From Podarcis pityusensis (lineage: Eukaryota): a stretch of DNA of 64,000 nucleotides. Below the pieces are notes generated by a model that was given only the letters and a program-made list of their open reading frames with translations, was not told where the DNA came from and did not search any database. How positions within the stretch are numbered: the first letter of the stretch is position 1; the number at the start of each line of letters is the position of its first letter. Position numbers and translations under genes: made by a program. Below, one piece after another: positions 55,583 through 64,000 of the stretch. Where the stretch lies: the NCBI GenBank assembly GCA_964106645.2, contig OZ067049.1; one strand, written 5' to 3'.

Positions 55583-55718
55583 CAGGCACCCCCAAACTCG
55601 GCCCTCCAGATGTTTTGGGACTACAATTCCCATCATCCCTGACCACTGGTCCTGTTAGCTAGGGATTATGGGAGTTGTAGTCCCAAAACATCTGGAGGGC
55701 CGAGTTTGAGGGTGCCTG
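55583..55718. mobile_element. Palindromic hAT-type MITE
   Basis: Long TIRs caggcacccccaaactcggccctccagatgttttgggactaca / tgtagtcccaaaacatctggagggccgagtttgagggtgcctg; TSD ctctatgc / ctttatgc. Confidence 0.9.
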
Positions 55719-57274
55719 CTTTATGCCTTCCTTTCCTTCTTTATCCTAATGTTGTTTGCAAAATAATAATAAAAATACATGAACAATGGGTGTGGAAAAT
55801 TGAAAGGACTACAAGCTTAGGCTTCAACTCCAACTCCTGGCTAGCAGCCGTGGGGCTGGATGGAGCATTGTAGCCATCACTACATCTCCAGCCCTCCTGT
55901 TTGTGTTGGTCGGGGTGGAAGGTAGGGAGGCATACCTGCTGGTGCAGTGAAGAGGCCTGACTCAGGTCCATTGACATCTCATGACAGCAGCACTGATGGC
56001 TCAGGACCTAGTGGATACTCCACTGGCTCGGCCCAGCCTCCTCCCTGAAATGCCTCATTTCATGGGCTCCCACCAGATACTGCCAGCAGAAATGCCACCA
56101 ATCTCAGCTTCCATACACCATTTGAGCAGGTGCATAGGGGCACTCCTTGCTGGGGCCAGTCAGGGCTGGGTAGAGGGACACCTACAAACCCCCTACAGCA
56201 CAGTGGATGGATGGTGGTGATTAGATTACTCTGTTAGATGGCTTGAAGAAGAAGTAGACAAATTTGTTGAGATTAGGCTGTCATTTGCTATTCGTCACGT
56301 TCGCCAAACTGTATTGTATGGAGGTCCTATCATTAGGCAGCACAAAGCAGCCATCTCAGGCTGCAGATACTAGGAGTCGCAGAGCTGTGGCAAGGAGTTG
56401 GAAGACCGAGCTATATGTGTGCCCTGTGACCCTAAATTTACTTGCTGTGACCAAGGACACTGTTCCATCACTAGCGCTGAAGGAAGATGCAATTGTTTTG
56501 TTTGATCGGGGCTTCTGCACATAGAATTTGGAGCGGGGATCTTGGCTGTCTCAGGTGGCAAAATGTCTTGTGCTAGTCATGTTGGATGCAGAATCTCTCA
56601 AAACCCCCAGCATTGAGGATAGGCAACATAGGAGAACTATTGCGTCCAAGTCTTGCTTGTGAGCTTCCCAGAAGCAGCAGGCTGTTTGCTGTTGGAAACA
56701 GAACAAATTAGATGGCGCTGGCAGGGCACCTACAGGCCACAGATTTCACAACTGATGCAACCTCAAATAGTTGCTGTTTTTCTTCTTCCTTTGTCCCCCA
56801 GCAGGTACACTAAGAGTGACTTTTAGCAAATGTCACTACATTTAGCTAACGATCGATGACTGATTGTGCAATTGTTTCAGCGTATGAGCTACAAATGTGG
56901 CTGGATTTTAGAGCACTGTTTGCAACATTTCAGAAATAGGCTGCACACAATGGGTGGATCTGAGAGCAGGAGAGCTTGTGGTGAATAGACTATGGCTGTG
57001 ATCCAAAGACCATTTGCTACATAGAGCTGCTGTTTTGTTTCACAAATATCTAGCACAAGTATCTTAAATAAGCAAAACAGGGCTGCATATATATATTTAA
57101 AATATTTGCATTTCCCCTGCAGCTTTAAGCGATTTTGTAGGGTTACTTTTCCTTTGCATATTTACTGTGGTTAGTCACCTTGAGGCTCAAGCAATAAGGC
57201 AGGATACACTTTAGAATATTTTAATGAAACACAGAATTCTGCAACCTGTATAAAGGATGCAAATTTGACAAATG

Positions 57275-57530
57275 AGAAGAGTCCTGCTGGACCATCAAGT
57301 CCAGTTTTCTGTTCCCAGAATGGAGAGCCACATGCCCATGGGAAGTCCAGAAGCAGGACATGAGTGAAATAGCAATAATATAATATAATATAATATAATA
57401 TAATATAATATAATAATATAATATAATATAATATAATATAATATAGAATATAATATAGCACTCTCCTGCTCTGTCCCACAGCATACTGCCTCAGATACCA
57501 GAAGACACATACAGCTATCATGAGCCTGTA
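57275..57530 (-). mobile_element. CR1 LINE 3' fragment containing an (ATAAT)n expansion (57376-57456)
   Basis: aagagtcctgctgga...caagtccag...gcaggacatgagtg...gcatactgcctc...cagctatcatg. Confidence 0.55.
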
Positions 57531-59343
57531 GGACTCTTCTTGCATTCTCATCCACATCCACTTCCCCACTCAATTCGTGGTCCAAACCATTGTTGGAGGA
57601 GATCCCTTGGAACTGCAGCTGAGAAGGTGCAAAATGAGCAAAGCAAAACACCTGGTGCAATGTTGCACGATGTTGGAACCAGGGGCACCTTGAATGACTG
57701 CTACCAACCCTCCAGGTACAAAAATGTGCAGATGTCTCCAGTCTGCAACAGTCTGGTGGTAAATGATGTTCAGAAATGGGTCTCTCACCTGCTCACATTT
57801 ACTTGTGCTGCGCTGTTATGAGAGAAGCAAGGGAAAGGCTTATAGCTGAGCAGACCTGCAAAGGCTTCAGGCTTTCTAAAGGTAGGAAAGGCTCATTCAG
57901 GGGGGAAAAAATACTAAAAATACTCAGGTCTCCTCCAGAGAAGCTGTGAATGCAGCACGCAAATCAGCAGTGCGCAAGGACAGAGAAGCAGAAAGAAAGG
58001 AGACCGACAGCAGCTGGAATAGAAAAGGGAATAGGTGGGCAGGCAGAAAAGCGGGAGCAAGAGCAAAGAACAAAGAAGTGAGGAATGCCGAAGGGAGAGA
58101 CAAAGAAGCAGGAAATATGGGAGAGGAGGAGACGGAGGCTGGTGCGGGGGGTGGGGGAGGAAAAAAAGGTGATAGACATGCAAGGAGACACAAAACACGA
58201 ATGAGAGACAAGCGGGAGAAAGCCGAATAAGCACAATTTGTATTAGAAAATGGTAATATTTATTAGATGTGCCTGGATCTATTCTAGCAGGTAAGCCTGA
58301 GCTGCTTCTGAGCCACAAATCTCAGGATACTTCTGTTTTAGATAGGTCCTGTGGTCCTTTATCTGCCATCTCTTTGTTTCTGCGGCTGGCTTTGGGTTCT
58401 CTCTCTTTATCCTGTGGGCCCCTCCCACGCACAACATGATGCCCCTGATCTTTGGGCTCCTCCAGGAACCCTCTTTATTGAGCATGGGTCCTCATTTGCT
58501 TGCACAAAGCTTACTTGGAGGTTAGATTATACCTGGTCTTTATGAAGGATTCCTTCTCATTTCTTTGTGGGGCTGTTGTAGGACAATGGGCATTCATCCT
58601 GCATTCTTCCTGTTTCACCTCTGGGGTTGCTTTTACATGTTCCTCTTCCTCATTTGTTAATCCAACAATTTTCAGTGCATTTCCTCATCATCTTAACCAC
58701 TGAAAGTCTGTTCCTTTTTTTAAAGTGGATTTTTTTTTGGTGGTACGGTGACAAAGTGCTTTATTCTACTTTAATTGTGCAAACCTGATGTTCCAGCATG
58801 CATTTGAATCCATCCCATAAAATGCATCCCATAAAATGTGGGAGTTGTCCTGCTCTCGAATATACAAAATAAAACATTTTTGCTTCAGAATCACTGGATA
58901 AGCCACAGCCCCGGACTAGCTAAATTTCCAAACTGATCCAGTTTTATCTTCAATTTTTTTAAATGGAAAGGTCAGTATTCTAGTCCTGTTTGAGAACACC
59001 CCATCTACAAATATCTTTTAAAAACTCTGCTTGCTTGGTTTCAATTCCTGCTACCTTGTACTGTATTGCTTTATACTGTAAAGCTTTGTTTTGTAATAGC
59101 CTAAGGACCAGAAACAAACATATCTATTTCATTGCTACCCACCACCACCCATTCATTTCAGACGAGGCCCAAAAGAGAAAGTTTGGAGATATGAGCCCAA
59201 ATTGAAGAAGAAGACAGGGAAGAAAATGCTATTCTACTGAGCACTGCTGTCAAATCTTTTATTTCAAGCACTTTTGGATTAAACAAATAAATCTGCCAAT
59301 ATCATAATGCTACTATACAAATCTGTGGTCAGACTGCACTTGG

Positions 59344-59482
59344 AATCATAGAATAGAATTGTAGAGTTGGAAGAGACCATGAGGGTCATCCAGTCCAACC
59401 CCCTGCAATGCAGGAATCTTTCACCCAGAGTGGGGCTGGAAACCACAAGCCTGAGATTGAGAGTCTCATGCTCTACTGACTG
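59344..59482 (-). mobile_element. tRNA-Lys-derived SINE with CR1-type 3' tail
   Basis: Minus strand cagtcagtagagcatgagactctcaatctcagg...cagccccac (tRNA-Lys-like), then gggggttggactggatgaccctc...ttccaactcta...ttctatgatt (CR1 3' end). Confidence 0.75.
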
Positions 59483-62400
59483 TACTACATGTCGTTCTGG
59501 TCAACCATGCACACTTACCTGGGAGTAAGTCCTATTGAACTCAGGACTGCACTGTTGCTATTTTTACCTGGTCTCAATGGCCTTTAATGTAATTTCAGAA
59601 GGAAGTGGGCTTTGACCACAGGGATGCACAGAATTCAGAACGGCAATGATTAAATGTGTCAGTCAGATGCTCCCCACCTTCCCCTTCCCATTCCCCCAAC
59701 CCTTTTGCTTCTTTTCTCCCAGCCAAATGAGTGGTGGCAGTTCAGGGTGAAAGCCAGGAGTTCAGGGTGAAAGAAGAACTTTGTGCCAGCACAAAGTGGG
59801 CTCTGCTTTCCGTTTATCATTCTGTGCTTCATTCATCTTGCTGTGATGAGCTGTTGTAATGGCATTGTTTACATAACTGCACAGGGCTTTAAATCTCCAT
59901 CTTTGGACTAGTGCTGCTGTAATACCATCCCGTTATCGGTGGGTATATTTATATTGCACCTTTGCATTGTATTCCCTTGGGAGTGCATTTTATCACAGGC
60001 ATACTTTGCTTCTGTATAGCTATTAAAGAACTCTGGAGATATTGATTATAGTACTATGAACTGCTTGCCATTAAGAATTTTAAAGGCCTGTGACCAAAAT
60101 ATAAACAGACTTTATAGCTGGCTTGTTCCTCTAATAATATCTGTGCTTGCTGCTAGATGCAGAAACTCTCATGATAACCATGATGTAAATAGATTCTCAG
60201 TGTTTCAGACAATACTTATTAGTGTTCCTCATTTCCCTGATGGATAGAGAGCCAAAGTCTAGTGGGACTCTTTCCCAAAGCAGTACATTTTCAACATTCA
60301 CAGAAAGCCCATGCCTTCTGCTCATGTGATTAGAGGCAAATAACAACATCTGAGAGAAAGATCAAGATGCTTAAGAAGCAACCAACAGTCAGAAGGACCA
60401 AAGGCAGGCCCACATAGCTCAGGATAGGCAGAAGGTCAACTTCCAAGGATGGTGGTGAGGGAACATGCACTTAGGCATGCAGGAAGCTCATTGGTGAGAC
60501 GAATCATTCAGATGGAAGATTATGCTCTGAAGCTGAGGTTTTATAAAGTTTAGTGGAGCCAGATTAGATGCCAAATCAGCTTGTATTGCAACTTAGATGA
60601 TGCCTTTGAAAAAATAATGCAGTCAATACAAATTGTGTCAGGAATGTGGTGCAGGGCAGAGCGCGGATTGTGCCAGAGTCTGGTTAGCTTCTAGGATTCC
60701 TAATTCAAGGCTCAAGATATGTATCCAAGCAAACAGAGATGAAGTTCCCCAGCAGATTTTTAGGGTTGCACTACTTTAGATGTGGAGGTGTGTGCTGGAG
60801 CCTCTAGCATTCATTTTTGTAAACATGTAGTTGGGCGCAAACGATCAGGTTGAGATGTTGGAAACCAAGCAAACACACAGGCAGTCACCATCTCAAATGG
60901 AACTGTAATGGAACTGGGTGGTTGGAATCCATGATGTGGTTCTACACTGGATGCATGGAAAGTTCTCACATGGGAAAAATGCTTAGGAACAGTTAGGTGT
61001 CAAGATGGGTGGTCTGCGGTTTATCCACAGACTTGTAAGACAATTAAAGCAGGCCAGAAACAGACAGACACTCAGAGAGTTGAGTTTAAGTCTGAGACCC
61101 AAGTTGCTCAGACTGAGGAGCCAGCCAGGCCTAAGTGGACACATTTCTGTATCCAAGAATGTTCTATTGGCTCCTTCTGTCACCTGATCCATCCTGAGCT
61201 GCTTTCTACAAACCAACCAACCAACCAACCCAACCCAACCCAACCCACCTCTGGTAATTTGCATTGGTAACACAGATGCACAACAGAGCAGTGCTCAACA
61301 ACTCCTCATCTGATTAGTGTTTTCACTTATTTTAAGATTTCATTTTTATATTTTTGTAGCTTGCTTTGGCACAGCAAACATGGTGCTTGCTGAGTCCTAC
61401 AGGAAGAACATGCCACCTTTTCAGATATATGAACTGGGCCTCAGTTTCTGAAATCTCACCAGCATTTCCCAGCTGACTGAACTAGCTTTTCTCCAGAATG
61501 GATGAGGGTAAGCATTTTCTGGAGGGCAAAGCTGGCTGGAAGGGAAGTCTAAGTTGCCCCAGAGTACTCCATTGTCAGTCTGATCCTTTGCCTGCCAAAC
61601 CTATCTCTGCTCATTCTGCAGGCATGCTAGAATAACTTATTACGACACTGTACTTTCAAATACTATATTAATTTCCTGACTCTGTACAGTAATATCTTAC
61701 AGCTGGTTTGAATAAACATTCCAAACTGATGCATTTATTCTTCTTCTTCTTCTTTTAAAAAAAGAAAATAAAAAGGCAATGCCAAAGACGTTTTGTTTTT
61801 ATTGAGTGCTTACTGTCATTGCATTTGACACCAGATATAAAAAGAACAGCTTCTAAATGGTAATTACTCTTCAGGCATTTATTCGCTTTTACTGTTGGGT
61901 TGCATGTTTGGTGGGGGACGTTAGCATAATGCTAAACAGAAAGAGGATGAGAGAGAGGGAGAGAGGGAGAGACAAAAGGTAATTGGTTCATGGTATTAAT
62001 TTTCATGAGTTATTGCACAGTTTGGTCTCACTAAAATGTCATTGTTATTTTTTCACATTTCAAATAAAATATGTCTGTATTTTTTTATCCAAAGCAGGAT
62101 CTGTTTATGGAACTCGAGTTGCTTCTGACATTATCACGCTGATATAAAAATATGGGTCTGATGATGCAAAGGCTAACCAAATAAACAGGTCTGTGTGTGC
62201 CAGCCCTTTGTGGAAACATATTGCTCCAGGTATCATTGGCATTTTGACTGACAGCTAATTTGTTTTTTAATACTCTATGGAAAAAAGAAGATCTAAGTTA
62301 AAGTTGCCATCTAAGACACAAGCTCATGGTATCAGGATTGGTATCAGGAAACCCCTTGTGTCAAGCTCTGTTTCAATAACCAAATTTCAATCATATGCAC

Positions 62401-62674
62401 CAAAAGGGAATTTTGTGGGCCTGTTCAGAGGTAAAGGCAGCACAGCACTGCTAGGAAGAACTGGCTTCATGGGATCGTTGGGAAACTGCAGGATATCTCA
62501 GGGTAGCCTTGAGAAGCCTGGTCCTTACAACACAAGACAGCAGGCAAATTCCCTCCTGAGCAACCTTTCGAAGGCCACATGCTAATGTTGGGTAGAGCAA
62601 GAGGCAAAAGTGGATGGGACAGCAAATGTAAATGGTTCTAGCCCTAGGAACTCCTGACCGGGTGCCAACAATTA

Positions 62675-62933
62675 CCGTATTTTTTGCTCTATAAGACTCA
62701 CTTTTTCCCTCCTAAAAAGTAAGGGGAAATGTGTGTGCATCTTATGGAGTGAATGCAGGCTGCGCAGCTATCCCAGAAGCCAGAACAGCAAGAGGGATTG
62801 CTGCTTTCACTGCATAGTGATCCCTCTTGCGGTTCTGGCTTCTGAGATTCAGAATATTTTTTTTCTTGTTTTCCTCCTCCAAAAACTAGGTGCGTCTTGT
62901 GGTCTGGTGCATCTTATAGAGTGAAAAATACGG
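62675..62933. mobile_element. Tc1/mariner-superfamily MITE
   Basis: TIRs ccgtattttttgctctataaga / tcttatagagtgaaaaatacgg flanked by TA on both sides; internal inverted repeat cagaagccagaacagcaagagggat / atccctcttgcggttctggcttctg. Confidence 0.88.
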
Positions 62934-63145
62934 TACACTTCTGGACTAGGTGATACAAGAAGATGTTTTGCTGGGATGAACTCACTGACCCTGGATACCT
63001 GGTTTTGATTGTTCTTTTCCTCTGCTCCCACTTCCAGTGGACTCAGCTTGGTAAAGCCTTGCTGTGGCTGAGGGAAGTCTCTTCTTCTTACTTTGTTTGT
63101 GGGTCTACTCCAATGTTAAGGACCCACACACCCTGCCCCTGCGTC

Positions 63146-63440
63146 CAGGGGCCGTCTTAAAGATATATGGCGCTGTGGTTCAAAGATCGCCCCCCCCCCC
63201 TTTTCCAGAGTTGCTGACCTTTCCCCAAGCCTCTGTGGGGATCGCTCTCCTTCCGTGGAGGCTTGGGAAGGAAGCTGCACACCCACCAGCCATATGGTTG
63301 ACGGGGCACAGCTGGCGGGCGTGCAGGGAAAGGGGAGGCCACCGGTAAAGCCACGCAGCTCCCCCACTCGCTGGGGCGCCCCTGAGAGGCCAGCACCCTG
63401 GTGCAACACGCCAGTAAGCCCAATAGGAAAGACGGCTCTG
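63146..63440. mobile_element. Probable hAT-type non-autonomous element
   Basis: Ends caggggccgtctt / aagacggctctg; GC-rich interior in AT-rich context; no clear TSD. Confidence 0.55.
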
Positions 63441-64000
63441 GTAACGCTCCCACACACAATCTTTTCAGTTCCAAACTGCAATTATTCTCCTCCCCTTCCT
63501 TGAAACCAAAGTAGCCCACTGCTCAGTCTCTCATCTCATCATTGCCGCCCTCCTAACACTAGGGAAAACTTCACATTTAACCAGTAAAATTGGTGTCCTG
63601 TTGTTCTTCAATAAAACTCCATTTCTGGAAAAGTTCTGTTCATGTGTCTCTTGTTTGCCGAGTATCTTATGATCTGAGGTTACTCATACTGTTCTTCTTT
63701 GCATTTGGAAAATGTGCTAGTTTCTGGGCAGTTTGTCCCCTGAGGGAGTAGAACCAGGATCACAGAGGTAAAATAAGGAATTAGATCCCCTCCAGTTATT
63801 CAAGTCACATTTAAGCTACAAGTTATACATGTTCCAGAAGGGCTTATTCCCTTAACCCTGAGAAGTAGTCTGTAGACATGCTCATAGACATGTGTGCTGA
63901 GCAAGCATGGTAACAACTGGCTTCCAGTTATTTCTGGGCCTAACTTCGGCTGCTAGTCAAAGTTCTCATTTGACCTTTAAAGTCCTTTAGGGTTTAGGCT

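Noticed and set aside
55936-56181. Two in-frame TGAs as selenocysteine codons
   Set aside because: Two stops in 82 codons is about chance level; no SECIS or selenoprotein motif recognised.
59410-59482. tRNA-Lys gene
   Set aside because: 5'-truncated, anticodon and T-arm mutated, and fused to a CR1 tail; it is a SINE head.
43500-64000. Endogenous bornavirus EBLN1 (lies on this side of COMMD3 in human)
   Set aside because: EBLN1 is a primate insertion; no long ORF or nucleoprotein-like peptide is seen here.

Overview
Eukaryotic genomic DNA from a squamate reptile, probably a lacertid lizard judging by its repeats (BovB, CORE-SINEs, tRNA/CR1-tailed SINEs, hAT and Tc1/mariner MITEs). It is the COMMD3-BMI1 locus on the minus strand. 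COMMD3 has 8 coding exons (43034->38985, 195 aa). BMI1/PCGF4 has a non-coding exon 1 (~34212->33568) and 9 coding exons (29074->25369, 326 aa), with one GC-AG intron. Both genes have CpG-island promoters. Positions ~1-25.9 kb and ~28.8-37.6 kb are visibly CpG-rich. The left part holds several orphan promoter-like modules and about 20 copies of a ~95-bp hairpin element. At the far left, an RFX X-box and a splice acceptor may mark the 5' end of SPAG6, the next gene in human synteny; no SPAG6 coding sequence is visible. Positions 43.5-64 kb are AT-rich and intergenic, with MITEs, homeodomain-site clusters and a decayed coding-like repeat at 54.2-54.75 kb. Best leads: an open COMMD3-BMI1 fusion frame that reads COMMD3 exon 7 in a second frame, a uORF in BMI1 exon 1, pieces of the BMI1 exon-2 acceptor duplicated at two other sites, and the unidentified relic at 54 kb. 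Comparisons to human are from memory and need database checks. Almost all entries in the ORF track are non-coding noise.
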